Assembly: GCA_964619725.1 (NCBI GenBank)
Contig: CAZUFC010000010.1
Location: 6,277-70,276, forward strand
From: an uncultured bacterium
GTDB taxonomy: Bacteria > CSSED10-310 > CAZUFC01
Length of the DNA: 64,000 bases
Direction of reading: 5' to 3'
The position numbers were made by a program, and so were the translations under genes. Below the pieces are notes generated by a model that saw only the letters and a list, made by a program, of their open reading frames with translations, was not told the origin of the DNA and did not search any database. Below are positions 27,744 to 38,232 of this stretch, one piece after another (position 1 is the first letter of the stretch; each line of letters starts with the position of its first letter).

Positions 27744-29120
27744 ATGAACCTCCCTCCCATAACAATTGTAGGAGGCGGACTGGCCGGTTGTGAAGCCGCC
27801 TGGCAGATCGCTTCCCGTTGCAACGACTGCCCCGTTGTCCTGTACGATATGAAACCTCACAAAAAAAGCCCGGCCCACCAGGATGACAATCTTTGCGAAC
27901 TCGTCTGCTCAAACTCCCTGGGCGCAGACAACCCCTCGAACGCCAAGGGTATACTTGTCAGGGAACTGAGAGCAGCCGGTTCGCTGATAATTTCAATGGC
28001 AGATGCTGCTCGAATACCTGCAGGCAAAGCATTGGCCGTAGACCGTCGTCTGTTCGCTGAAAAAATTACTCGAAAACTGCAAGAAATAACCAATATTAAA
28101 ATCATTCCTAAGGAAATTACGGAAATTCCAGACGCTGAAAACGGTCCGGTGATTCTGGCGACAGGACCCTTAACTGCGCCGACTCTGGCGGCTCATATCG
28201 AGCGTTTCGTCGGGGAAAAATATCTTTCGTTCTTTGACGCCGTGAGCCCTGTTGTTCATGCGGACAGCATCGATTTCAACAAAGCTTTTACAGCCTCTAG
28301 ATACGATGCCGGAATGACCGAATCAGGCGATTACGTCAATCTCCCATTCGACGAAACCCAGTATTATAAATTCGTCGAATTGCTTCGTTCCGCTGATTCG
28401 CTGCCCTTCAAACCCTTCGAGAATCCTTCGCTTTCCGACAATCAAAAGATACCCTTTTTTGAAGGATGCGTTCCTATCGAAGTTCTGGCCTCTCGAGGAA
28501 AAATGACGCCGGCTTTCGGCCCTATGAAGCCGAAAGGACTCATTGACCCCAAAACCGGCAAAGAACCTTTCGCTGTCGTCCAACTCAGAAGAGAAGACCG
28601 GGAAGGTCGACTCTTCAACCTGGTCGGATTCCAGACTAAACTCTCCTATGCCGACCAGAAACGCATCTTTCGACAAATACCCGGCCTGGAAAAAGCCGTA
28701 TTCGCCCGATTGGGAAAAGTCCACGCCAATCTGTTCATTAATTCGCCGGCTCTTTTGAACGCCTCCCTGGCTTTCCGAAAAAATGAAAATATATTCGCCG
28801 CAGGACAAATCACCGGCGTGGAAGGTTATCTGGAATCTGCAGCTTCCGGAGCCATCGCAGGCATCAACGCACTGAACCGGGCTCATGCAAGTCCCGCCGT
28901 CAGTCCTCCGGCGAATTCAATGATCGGCGCATTGATCGCCCATATAACCGATCCCTTCATCAGAAATTTCCAACCCATGAACGTTAATATCGGGCTTTTG
29001 CCGAATCCTCCCTACAGCCGCCCCAAAAAATCAAAAAAAATGCGCAGAATTGAAAAAGGAAAACTTGCCCTCAACGCCTTCCAGGAGTGGCTGAAAAGTG
29101 ATGTTCCTCTCCTTGCCTAA
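27744..29120 (+). CDS. trmFO: Methylenetetrahydrofolate-tRNA-(uracil-5)-methyltransferase TrmFO
   Basis: GGGLAGCEAA, ELVCSNS, ALAVDR, ATGPLT, FFEGCVPIE, FGPMKP, NLVGFQT, AGQITGVEGY, FQPMN. Confidence 0.96.
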   Translation: MNLPPITIVGGGLAGCEAAWQIASRCNDCPVVLYDMKPHKKSPAHQDDNLCELVCSNSLGADNPSNAKGILVRELRAAGSLIISMADAARIPAGKALAVDRRLFAEKITRKLQEITNIKIIPKEITEIPDAENGPVILATGPLTAPTLAAHIERFVGEKYLSFFDAVSPVVHADSIDFNKAFTASRYDAGMTESGDYVNLPFDETQYYKFVELLRSADSLPFKPFENPSLSDNQKIPFFEGCVPIEVLASRGKMTPAFGPMKPKGLIDPKTGKEPFAVVQLRREDREGRLFNLVGFQTKLSYADQKRIFRQIPGLEKAVFARLGKVHANLFINSPALLNASLAFRKNENIFAAGQITGVEGYLESAASGAIAGINALNRAHASPAVSPPANSMIGALIAHITDPFIRNFQPMNVNIGLLPNPPYSRPKKSKKMRRIEKGKLALNAFQEWLKSDVPLLA

Positions 29121-29153
29121 TCTCTTCTTTCTCCGGGATTCAAAACTTTGCGT

Positions 29154-29182
29154 TTGACATGTCACAATGGTTATTCTAAAAT
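29154..29182 (+). promoter_or_regulatory. sigma70 promoter of gap with palindrome TGACATGTCA over the -35
   Basis: TTGACA-N17-TAAAAT; perfect 10-bp palindrome 29155-29164, a possible operator. Confidence 0.6.
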
Positions 29183-29334
29183 TCCTTGTTTTCAGGAGCC
29201 CTTCCCGACTTCTGAGAAATGAAGGCTCTCCCGCCTTATATTCAATTGAAATGGGATGCCGATAAAACAAGATTTCGATATGACAATATTTTCGATAACA
29301 CTGCAAAAACGATCAAGAACGAAAGGAGTTGCCA

Positions 29335-30348
29335 ATGGGAATCAAAGCAGCTATCAACGGATTCGGAAGAATCGGAAGACTCATTCTTCGATGCGCCGAA
29401 GGTGTAGACGACATTGAATTCGTCGCTATTAATGATATTACCGATGCTCAAACTCTCGCTCATTTGCTGAAATACGACTCGGTTCACGGTACTGACGATG
29501 CCGACATAAGAACCGAAGGCGATAAACTCATGGTCAATGGACGCTCTATACCCGTCTTCGCGGTCAAAAACCCGGAAGACCTGCCCTGGAAAGAACATGA
29601 AGTCGATATCGTGTTTGAAGCCACGGGCATATTCAGGAAAAAGGAAGAATGTGAGAAACACCTGGCCGCCGGAGCGAAAAGGGTCGTCATCACGGCTCCT
29701 GCAAAAGGAAGCAAACCCGTCAAAATGCTCGTTATGGGCGTTAATGAATCAGACTACGATCCCCATGATGATAAAATCGTATCCAACGCCTCCTGCACCA
29801 CAAACTGCCTGGCGCCCGTCGTTAAAGTCTTACATGATAATTTTAGAATTCAGAGCGGCCTTATGACGACTATTCACTCTTATACCAATGACCAGAGGAT
29901 TCTCGATGCGCCTCATAAGGACCTCAGACGGGCCAGAGCTGCAGCGGTTTCCATGATCCCCACGACTACGGGCGCAGCCACTGCCGTGACCAAAGTTATT
30001 CCCGATCTGGCCGGAAAAATGAACGGAATGGCCATTCGCGTTCCCACTCCCAATGTCTCCCTCGTCGACTTTACTGCTGCCGTCGAACGGCCGGCTTCTG
30101 TCGAACAAATTAACAACGCCGTAAAAAAAGCCGCTGAGAATGAGTTAAAAGGTATCCTGGAATATACGGAAATCCCTCTCGTTTCCTGTGACTATATCGG
30201 ACATCCCGCCTCATCAATATTCGACGCTCCTTCCACAATGGTTCTTAATGATAAACTCATAAAAGTCCTCGCCTGGTACGATAATGAATACGGCTACAGT
30301 TGCAGAACCAGAGACCTGGCTCTTTATATGATGAAAAGAGGAATATAA
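29335..30348 (+). CDS. gap: Glyceraldehyde-3-phosphate dehydrogenase type I
   Basis: INGFGRIGR, KYDSVHG, SNASCTTNCLAP, RVPTPNVS, WYDNEYGYS. Confidence 0.98.
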   Translation: MGIKAAINGFGRIGRLILRCAEGVDDIEFVAINDITDAQTLAHLLKYDSVHGTDDADIRTEGDKLMVNGRSIPVFAVKNPEDLPWKEHEVDIVFEATGIFRKKEECEKHLAAGAKRVVITAPAKGSKPVKMLVMGVNESDYDPHDDKIVSNASCTTNCLAPVVKVLHDNFRIQSGLMTTIHSYTNDQRILDAPHKDLRRARAAAVSMIPTTTGAATAVTKVIPDLAGKMNGMAIRVPTPNVSLVDFTAAVERPASVEQINNAVKKAAENELKGILEYTEIPLVSCDYIGHPASSIFDAPSTMVLNDKLIKVLAWYDNEYGYSCRTRDLALYMMKRGI

Positions 30349-30603
30349 TTGCCGGAAGTACCTTCTGAAAATCCTCAGATGATGAATAATTCTCTTTCGG
30401 AATAATCGTCTGATCTCCTATTCTCCGTGAGTCTCGCTGAATGATTTTTATAGTTACGATTATTCGGCTGTGATTTCCGGAGAATCCATTCATTGGGACG
30501 TCGAACGATCAACGGGTCCCGACTCTAATTGTCTTCCGGAAATCCCAATTCGTCGAGTCCCTTGATTTTATATTGAAAATTTCGCCAAAAAGGAGGATGA
30601 CTT

Positions 30604-31356
30604 ATGCGCATACCGCTTCTCGCCGCTAACTGGAAAATGAATAAAACTCTGCCGGAAACAGAGCATTTCTTTAAAGAATTTTTGAATAATCTCGGAACCG
30701 TCAAAAACAAAGACATCCTTATCTGTCCCCCTTTTACAGCGCTGGCGACGGTAGCTGAATTAATCAAAAATTCCCCTGTTCAGCTTGGCGCACAGAATAT
30801 GCATTTTGAAGACTCCGGCGCCTTTACCGGTGAAATATCCGCAGACATGTTGAAATCCTGCGGCTGTCATTATGTCATATTGGGGCATTCCGAACGGCGG
30901 CACGTATTTCACGAATCAGATGATTTCATCAATAAAAAAATGAAAAAAGCCCTTGAAAAAAATATCTCCCCCATTCTTTGCGTGGGTGAAAAACTGGAGG
31001 AACGGGAAAACGACGCGGCATTTCACGTGGTCAAAAAACAAATCGAAAAAGGACTTTCCGGCCTGAATTCACAAATGATGAAAAAAGTCATTATCGCGTA
31101 TGAACCGGTTTGGGCTATTGGGACAGGAAAAACGGCGACGCCGGCGCAGGCTCAGGAGATGCACGCCTACATAAGACGAAATCTCTCGGAATTGTTCGAT
31201 CAGAATACGTCGAAAGAAACCAGAATATTATATGGAGGAAGCATTAAACCTCGCAATATCAAGGAACTCATGGAACAACCTGATATTGACGGCGGACTGA
31301 TCGGCGGGGCTTCTCTCGAAACGGTATCTTTTCTTCAAATAATTCGGTACGACTGA
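30604..31356 (+). CDS. tpiA: Triosephosphate isomerase
   Basis: ANWKMN, GAFTGE, GHSERR, AYEPVWAIGTG, YGGS, DGGLIGGASL. Confidence 0.98.
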   Translation: MRIPLLAANWKMNKTLPETEHFFKEFLNNLGTVKNKDILICPPFTALATVAELIKNSPVQLGAQNMHFEDSGAFTGEISADMLKSCGCHYVILGHSERRHVFHESDDFINKKMKKALEKNISPILCVGEKLEERENDAAFHVVKKQIEKGLSGLNSQMMKKVIIAYEPVWAIGTGKTATPAQAQEMHAYIRRNLSELFDQNTSKETRILYGGSIKPRNIKELMEQPDIDGGLIGGASLETVSFLQIIRYD

Positions 31357-31415
31357 TCGTCAGTTGAATTTTCACAATTGTTCCGGACCGGGAAGCATTA
31401 TTTCAGAAAAAACGC

Positions 31416-31444
31416 TTGACATCCAAGGAAAAAATCTTTTTAAT
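31416..31444 (+). promoter_or_regulatory. sigma70-like promoter of secG/tRNA-Leu
   Basis: TTGACA-N17-TTTAAT. Confidence 0.5.
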
Positions 31445-31474
31445 TGATTCGGTTTTTCGAAGCGGAGGCTTTCG

Positions 31475-31960
31475 ATGTTAGTTATTTTGTTAAGCTTAAT
31501 TCACATTGTATTTTCATTAACTTTGATCCTTATCGTTCTGCTTCAAACAGGCAAAGGCAGCGATATGGCATCGGCTTTCGGCGGAGGCGGTTCTCAAACC
31601 GTTTTCGGAAGCGCAGGGTCTGCATCCATGCTCAGTAAAATAACGACATGGGCGGCCATCCTGTTCATGGTTTCAGCTACCTCTCTGGCCGTCGTATCTT
31701 CCAGATCGGGTTCGATTATCGACGAATCCGATTCTATCATGGAAGAGTCTGCCGATTTCGGTCCTGAAGAAACGCTGCCCGGGGGCGAAATGCCCATGGA
31801 AGGAGAACCCGGCACTGTGCCCGGAGAAGAAGATTTCGGAGAAGATGTGGCGCCCGACCAGGTCGTTCCTATGGACTCAATGGATCAGGGCGCAATCCCC
31901 GATGCTGATGCCGGCGGCGACATGGGCGACGTGGCGGAAGAATCCGATACGACTGAATAA
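31475..31960 (+). CDS. secG: Preprotein translocase SecG with long acidic C-terminal tail
   Basis: VLLQTGKGSDMASAFGGGGSQTVFGSAG; tpiA-secG-tRNA-Leu synteny. Confidence 0.93.
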   Translation: MLVILLSLIHIVFSLTLILIVLLQTGKGSDMASAFGGGGSQTVFGSAGSASMLSKITTWAAILFMVSATSLAVVSSRSGSIIDESDSIMEESADFGPEETLPGGEMPMEGEPGTVPGEEDFGEDVAPDQVVPMDSMDQGAIPDADAGGDMGDVAEESDTTE

Positions 31961-32030
31961 ATGCCGACTGAATGACCTGTGAACGATCAAACGCGATAAT
32001 GATATGAAAGAAACGTTTTACTGCGATACA

Positions 32031-32115
<85 letters not shown>

Positions 32116-32120
32116 AAAGG

Positions 32121-32145
32121 AAAGCCGGTTACGCCGGCTTTTTTT
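32121..32145 (+). terminator. Rho-independent terminator after tRNA-Leu
   Basis: AAAGCCGG-TTACG-CCGGCTTT plus T-run. Confidence 0.85.
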
Positions 32146-32392
32146 CTGTACCTTTCATTTGTTTCATTTGAATCCTGAATACTGGATTTTTCAAACGAAA
32201 TGACCCTTTTCACCGCTCAAACCGCTGGATTTCCGTATCCAATCTGATTTATAATATCCGGTGGAGGGTTGGACGGAATGACAGAATTTTTAAATTCAGT
32301 CAAGGGGGTTATTTATTCATTAAAATGAGCAAAAACGCGAAAAAAATGCGATTGATATTCTTGAAATTTTATTTGAAAGCAAGGCGGGCATC

Positions 32393-33928
32393 ATGAAAAA
32401 TCATGGCGATAAAAAAATATATTCAACTTTATTAAAGATTTTTATTCCATTAGCCGTGGTCGCGGTTTTCGTACAAGGCACAGGCTATGGTTTTTGGATG
32501 AATTCGAGTGAAGAGGAGGTGACTTCAGGGCAACCGGAAAAGGGATGGGAAAATCGATGCTCTACGCCCGAGTATGGGGGATTCGGAGAAGCGCTTGCGG
32601 GCACGGGCGATTACATTTACGCGGTCAAATGCGCTTATTCATATTCCACTCCGAAACTATGGCGTTATGATCCCTATGGGGATGCCTGGGAAACGATGAA
32701 CGCTTCTAATTTGTATTCCGGCGCTTTCCGGAACGGAACGACATTGGCCTGGGACAGCAACGACAGGCTTTATTGTATGGCCGGGGCCCGATACAGCGAC
32801 TTTAATCGTCGCGAATTTTATTGTTATTCCATCTCTGACGATAGCTGGACGCCCCTTGCCGATACGCCTTACGATCAGGGTGCGGGAGACGCCCTGATAT
32901 GGTCGGGATATAACGACCGGCTATATGCGGTAATGGGTTCCAGCGTCCATGAAACCGCTTTCGGCGCCTATGATCCTGAAACCGACTCCTGGACCCTGTT
33001 TTCAGACCCGCCGGCAATTACTGACGACGGTTGCTCTCTCGCCTGGACCGGCGGCCGTTATTTATACTGCTTAAGAGGCGAAAACTATGAAACTCTGCCT
33101 CTCCGTGATTTCTGGCGATACGACATGCAGTCGGATACCTGGAGTTCCCTTAATAAAATTCCTGAAGCCAGTGGAGTCGGAGACGGCGGGTCCTTGCTTT
33201 ATATCGGAAATTGGGAACCGGGGCAAAGCGATTTTATTTATGCCCTGGGCGGCAACAGTTGTTGGGAAGACCCCGGATACGGTTTTTTCCGTTATACCAT
33301 ATCAACCGACCTTTGGGAAAAATTGGACGACCTGCCCTATCCCGTCGGCAGCTTCAACGGCTCCCGTATCGGTTATGCCGCGGGCAGCATTTATTGCTGG
33401 CAAGGTTCCCCCGATTATTATCCTGGAGGAGGAGATAAATTTTTTTCTTACCCTATCTCCTCATCACCCGCAACGCCCACGAGAACACCCACTCCGACAG
33501 TAACGCCCACAGCGGAATGCTCCGCCACTCCTGCCCCTTCTCCGACCCCTTTTACTTCTGATTTTGCCGTCCAACTCGAAATGCCCGCCCATTACTTCTC
33601 CTGGGGGAATATATGCCGGCTGAACGCGTATCTCTATAACTGCTCGGATAATGAATTGTTCAATGTTCCGCTGGTCGTTATTCTCGATGTCTATGGACAA
33701 TACTGGTACTGGAATCGATGGACACCCGATTTCGATTACAATTTGATCAGGCTCCCTCCCGGCGTTTCTGAAAAAGAAATCATCTCCTCATTTGTCTGGC
33801 CCGATATGGGAAATGATGAACTTACAGGCATCATATTCTGGGGCGCCATGCTGAATGAAAACATGAACGGAATCCTGGGCGGCATGGACGGCATCAGCCA
33901 ATGGAACTTCGGTTACGGACCCAGATAG
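32393..33928 (+). CDS. Secreted Kelch-like beta-propeller protein with PT linker and a shared C-terminal domain
   Basis: Signal peptide; repeated G..LAW..YLY..G..F.RYD..D.W blades; PTPT linker; CTD similar to that at 62374-62724. Confidence 0.8.
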   Translation: MKNHGDKKIYSTLLKIFIPLAVVAVFVQGTGYGFWMNSSEEEVTSGQPEKGWENRCSTPEYGGFGEALAGTGDYIYAVKCAYSYSTPKLWRYDPYGDAWETMNASNLYSGAFRNGTTLAWDSNDRLYCMAGARYSDFNRREFYCYSISDDSWTPLADTPYDQGAGDALIWSGYNDRLYAVMGSSVHETAFGAYDPETDSWTLFSDPPAITDDGCSLAWTGGRYLYCLRGENYETLPLRDFWRYDMQSDTWSSLNKIPEASGVGDGGSLLYIGNWEPGQSDFIYALGGNSCWEDPGYGFFRYTISTDLWEKLDDLPYPVGSFNGSRIGYAAGSIYCWQGSPDYYPGGGDKFFSYPISSSPATPTRTPTPTVTPTAECSATPAPSPTPFTSDFAVQLEMPAHYFSWGNICRLNAYLYNCSDNELFNVPLVVILDVYGQYWYWNRWTPDFDYNLIRLPPGVSEKEIISSFVWPDMGNDELTGIIFWGAMLNENMNGILGGMDGISQWNFGYGPR

Positions 33929-33982
33929 TAACTGTCCACAAACGCGAATCTCTATTACAAATTTAATGTTGGACAGTCGCTA
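33926..33982. mobile_element. 57-bp MITE family B (TAGT..TGTCCA termini)
   Basis: TAGTAACTGTCCACAAAC...TTTAATGTTGGACAGTCGCTA; same length and body as 44676-44732; further fragments at ~33985-34025. Confidence 0.7.
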
Positions 33983-34069
33983 CGGTTTTTGGACAAAAAC
34001 TGGGTAGCTCCTGTCCACAAACTCGATTTCCTATCCAAATTTTTATGCCGGCTGACTCCGCATACTCCT

Positions 34070-35932
34070 TCAATGAATGTTATCGCTCTTTTCCGGAGAG
34101 ATCGCCGGAAAAGAAGCCGCCGTCAACAACTCCTGTTTAGGCGCATATTCGGAATACACGGTCTCCCAATGGACATCCGGCCTCAGTTTGCTTATAACTT
34201 CTTCAAAACGTTCCAGTATCTCAGCGTACTTCTTGTCGCTCGGATATCGCCAGTGAACGATCAGTATTTTATAATCGACAAGATTTACTGAATCTTCGTT
34301 CCTCAAAAATTCTTTCAGTCTTTTTATCGTTTCGCCTTCGACCCTTTCAATTCCCTGTCGATAATAATTCGGCCCCTGAAATTCGTAAAGGTCCGGGACA
34401 TGATAAGCTAAAAACTTCACAACCGGCGACCAGCGCCAATCCAATATACGAACCTGGTATCCCTCTGTGTTCAAACGGCGGGCCAATAACGCCGACTCCC
34501 GCTCCTGTATCAGACAATTATCTTTTCTGTTGAAAAACGTTTGAGCCCCCAGAACGATATCAGCGGTACAAACAAACAGAAGCAACGCTGCCGGAAGAAA
34601 TTTTTTGACTTTTCTTAACAGTGGATCGAGAATGCTGAAACCAGTAAGAGCGAAAAATACATACAGGGCCAGAATTGTATTGGACCGGCTTGGATTGGGA
34701 GGATACAACCATGTGTCGCCTATGTAAGTCGTCGCCAGCAATACGAAGCTTATCAGGCAAAAAAGATTCATCTTCTTTCTGATCCTGAAGACGGCCCCGA
34801 TTAATCCGAGATAAAACAGGGGAAACGAAGCCATAGGATAGTATAATCCATGCATTTTCTGATCGAAAAAGGGTGTAAAATGAAAAACGAAGGCTTTTAA
34901 ATTGAGAAGGAAATCGCCTTTTGCAAAGAAGTTTTTTAATTCGCCGGACGCACGACCCATATAAGGTCCCCACCAATGAAAAAGGTAATACAGCATAGGG
35001 GAATAAATTATGATGCAGGCGGCCAGTGAAGCTGAAAATTTCCACTTGTTTCGCCGTATGAATTTCGGGTCCAGGAAAACCGAGACGATAAGCGTCAATA
35101 TCGCAGCGGCGGGTATCAGCCGGAACGCGTGATAGGTCAGCAGTCCGAATCCCATGATCGCGCCTGAGCCTATAAAATCGCTCCACTTTTCTCTCCTTAT
35201 TGACCGGCTCAAATAATAAAGTAGAAGCAACAAGCATAACGGACAAATAATACGTCTGTACGGAATACGGCCGTCCATCAGGAATCCCGGAGCGGCCGCC
35301 AGGAAAGCAGCCCCTGCCAATCCGTAGTATTTTTTATCGAATTCCTTCGATCCGAAAAAATATGCCGCGGCGCAAGTCATTGTTCCTATTACGGCGAGAA
35401 AAAGCGCTACCGCAGTTATATTATTGCCGAAAACCGCCAGGAACGGCATCATCAGGTACATGAACAACGTTTCCTTTGAATGATCTTCAAAGGTGAAAAC
35501 ATTGAACGTTCTTCTTCCGTGCAGGAGATCACAGGAAAAAGCGCAATTCCAGGCGCCGTCGTCACCGAAGCAGTAGGGATGCTCTTCAGCCTTATAAACT
35601 CTTAAAATGAAAGAGATTAGAAGAATTATGATTAAAAGCGACAAACTGAAAACATTCTTTCTCCTCTGCGGCCCTGCGGTGCGATCCTGCCCAGCTTTTA
35701 CTTCCGCTTTCTTCACTAGAATCCAGGCGGCGGCCAACAAAATGCACGCCAGTATCCACCATAACCAGTAGTCAACGCCCTCAGAAAAAACAACCGACCA
35801 ATCGGCTTCATCAAATCGAACGCGACCCGCTATATTTTTAAAATAAATTTTCTCTCGGAAATATACTACAGAGGAAGCGCCCAGCCCCGCAGTCATCAAA
35901 AACAGAACTCCAAAAAAACGAATCCGCTTCAT
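34070..35932 (-). CDS. GT-C (ArnT/PMT-like, GT39/GT83) membrane glycosyltransferase
   Basis: Many TM helices; LRVY..HPY..DD loop after an early TM; G..LLTY..FR pattern. Confidence 0.7.
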   Translation of the reverse strand: MKRIRFFGVLFLMTAGLGASSVVYFREKIYFKNIAGRVRFDEADWSVVFSEGVDYWLWWILACILLAAAWILVKKAEVKAGQDRTAGPQRRKNVFSLSLLIIILLISFILRVYKAEEHPYCFGDDGAWNCAFSCDLLHGRRTFNVFTFEDHSKETLFMYLMMPFLAVFGNNITAVALFLAVIGTMTCAAAYFFGSKEFDKKYYGLAGAAFLAAAPGFLMDGRIPYRRIICPLCLLLLLYYLSRSIRREKWSDFIGSGAIMGFGLLTYHAFRLIPAAAILTLIVSVFLDPKFIRRNKWKFSASLAACIIIYSPMLYYLFHWWGPYMGRASGELKNFFAKGDFLLNLKAFVFHFTPFFDQKMHGLYYPMASFPLFYLGLIGAVFRIRKKMNLFCLISFVLLATTYIGDTWLYPPNPSRSNTILALYVFFALTGFSILDPLLRKVKKFLPAALLLFVCTADIVLGAQTFFNRKDNCLIQERESALLARRLNTEGYQVRILDWRWSPVVKFLAYHVPDLYEFQGPNYYRQGIERVEGETIKRLKEFLRNEDSVNLVDYKILIVHWRYPSDKKYAEILERFEEVISKLRPDVHWETVYSEYAPKQELLTAASFPAISPEKSDNIH

Positions 35933-35940
35933 TTAATCAA

Positions 35941-37344
35941 TCAGATGGAATCGGTTTGCACTCTTTCTTTCAATGATTTCAAATATCTCATATATTCTGA
36001 ATTCAATTTGATCCATTTTTTGACTATGAAACGACCGCCCAACTTTATCCCCACATTTACCGCAGAAGTCCTCCTGATGGATGCCCGGATATTCAGCAAA
36101 CCCTTTAGCAAACTCTCCGCCGCCAGATTCAAACCCTCATTGAATGCCGAAGTCAATGAATAAAAGTCTGAAAAAGAATCGATCACGCTTTTTTGAAGTT
36201 CATAAGGGGAAAATTTCAGAGGTTCGAAAACTACATGCAAGCCGTCATAATAGCTCCACTTTTTATGCAGCAGTCGCCCCGCTTTCGCCAGCCTGTGGAA
36301 TAAGTCCGTCCCCGGCAAAGGCGTTAAAGCCATAAATTGGACGGAATCAATGTGATTCTTCTTTACAAAATTCAGCGTATCCTCTACAACTCTTGAATCA
36401 TCTTCATCGCTTCCGAACATAAACATGCCGTGCACCCGGATATCCGACCGGTGAAATATCTCCATCGCATGTCTGATTTCCTCGGGCTTCTGATGCTTGT
36501 TCAGAGCCTCCAACGTCTTCTGATTAACTGACTCAAATCCGATGTATACCCGGGAACACTTCGCTGCCGCCATCTTTTTTACCAGCGATTCGTCCCGAGC
36601 TATATCCGACCTTACCTGAGCCGACCATCGCCGAATCCTCGGCCTGCTCTCGATCAATCCGTCCATCAGCTCATGAGTCCTTCGGCTGTTTGCTGCAAAA
36701 TTATCGTCATAAAAAAATACGCTCTTTGTCGACGCACGGTTTATCTCTGCTAACGCCCTCTGAACCGATACCGTCCGATAGCGTCTTCCAAACATTTTCG
36801 TTACTGAACAAAAATTGCAACCGAAAGGGCACCCGCGTGACGTTACGATTGGAGTTACATTGATCCTCTCACCGTTGACCAGTAAATTGAAATTCGGTAA
36901 AGGCAATCTGTCCAAATCCTCCACTGTACTGCCTTGTATTATCTTATCATCAGAACCGTAACGCAAAAGATCAGAAATTACGTTTTCTCCCTCACCCAAT
37001 ACCACATGATCCGCATAAGGCGTCAATTCCTCCGGTAAAAAAGTGGCGTGAACGCCGCCGATTATGATCTTCGAGTCGGGATTCCTTTTTCTGAACTGCA
37101 CCGCAATCTGCAACCCTCTTTCGATTGTCGGAGTCAAACAACTCAACAGCAGATAATCCGCATCCATATCGCTCGACTTAAGTTTATCCCTTAACAAATT
37201 CTCGTTTATCACCTTTACGTCGTAACCCTCGTCCTCCAATATAGTCCCCAATATCAGCGTGCCCATTAAAGGCAACTGACTGTCGGCATCAAAAACATTC
37301 GCCTTCACTGACGTAGGCTCAACGATTAATACTCTTTTTTTCAT
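35941..37344 (-). CDS. B12-binding radical SAM protein
   Basis: IIIGGVHAT, GEGE, TSRGCPFGCNFC, FYDDNF, IGFES, TPLPGT. Confidence 0.92.
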   Translation of the reverse strand: MKKRVLIVEPTSVKANVFDADSQLPLMGTLILGTILEDEGYDVKVINENLLRDKLKSSDMDADYLLLSCLTPTIERGLQIAVQFRKRNPDSKIIIGGVHATFLPEELTPYADHVVLGEGENVISDLLRYGSDDKIIQGSTVEDLDRLPLPNFNLLVNGERINVTPIVTSRGCPFGCNFCSVTKMFGRRYRTVSVQRALAEINRASTKSVFFYDDNFAANSRRTHELMDGLIESRPRIRRWSAQVRSDIARDESLVKKMAAAKCSRVYIGFESVNQKTLEALNKHQKPEEIRHAMEIFHRSDIRVHGMFMFGSDEDDSRVVEDTLNFVKKNHIDSVQFMALTPLPGTDLFHRLAKAGRLLHKKWSYYDGLHVVFEPLKFSPYELQKSVIDSFSDFYSLTSAFNEGLNLAAESLLKGLLNIRASIRRTSAVNVGIKLGGRFIVKKWIKLNSEYMRYLKSLKERVQTDSI

Positions 37345-37828
37345 TCATTGCCCCCTTTATCGTTAACAGCCAAATTCCAAATAATACCAGCGAAACAGGC
37401 CAGAATCTCGCATCAAGTGAAAATATCAAAATAAAAGCCAGAGCCAGAAACATTAAAAAAAGTCCGGAATTTTTCAGTATTTTAGCGTCTCTTCGGAAAA
37501 AAGCTGCTGAAAATGAAGATATTCCCAAACACAACAGGAAAAGTGGCCAGGTCTTGGAAATTATGGACCAACTGCTGAAATTGTAGAAAAAAAATATCAC
37601 GCTCGACTGCGCCAAAAATAATCCTATTCCCAATATTTTTAGGTCACGGCGGCCTGACTGAAAAAACAGCATGATTAATCCGATCCCTATTACAAGCGGA
37701 AAAACCGGCCACAACAAATTAACGTTTTTGATGTAACCGAAATTCTCCAGCAACAACAATAATCCCACTATGATAGACAAAACAGCCAATACAATGAATT
37801 GTCCGCCTGGTTTGTATGACTTTTTCAT
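37319..37828 (-). CDS. LiaF/DUF5668-like small membrane protein
   Basis: Repeated WP-hydrophobic-G TM motif (LWPVFPLVIGIG, TWPLFLLCLG, FWPVSLVLFG). Confidence 0.7.
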   Translation of the reverse strand: MKKSYKPGGQFIVLAVLSIIVGLLLLLENFGYIKNVNLLWPVFPLVIGIGLIMLFFQSGRRDLKILGIGLFLAQSSVIFFFYNFSSWSIISKTWPLFLLCLGISSFSAAFFRRDAKILKNSGLFLMFLALAFILIFSLDARFWPVSLVLFGIWLLTIKGAMNEKKSINR

Positions 37829-37907
37829 AACCTCAATTTTCTTAAAAAACTAACCCCTTCTTTGTATTATAACATAATTCAGTTTTTGTCCACAGGCTTA
37901 AAATTCC

Positions 37908-37983
37908 GGGACTGATCAAACCGGGGCAACAGTTTTTGCCGGTAAAAAAATTGACTGAGTGTAATCCCCGTTTGATCAGTCCC
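37908..37983. mobile_element. 76-bp minimal family A MITE
   Basis: Perfect 14-bp TIR GGGACTGATCAAAC / GTTTGATCAGTCCC; no clear TSD. Confidence 0.78.
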
Positions 37984-38232
37984 AAAAAATTCACCGAATC
38001 TTCCAGCTCTGGAAACTCGTTTCTCAATCGAATCGTCTTATTTTCATCCGAAAGATATAAAACAGTGAAAACAGCTTGACCTTACGGCGGGGATAATTTA
38101 ATTTCTCCTTACCATGGGAATTTTACAACTTCTGAACTCATACTCGCATCCTTCGATTGATTTAATCCCATCAATTCTGGACAGTCTTTTTCAGACAAAA
38201 TGAAATCAAAACGTTCTTGAAAAGGAGAACCG

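Noticed and set aside
31700-31960. Acidic tail of SecG as a novel domain
   Set aside because: Low-complexity SecG extensions are common.
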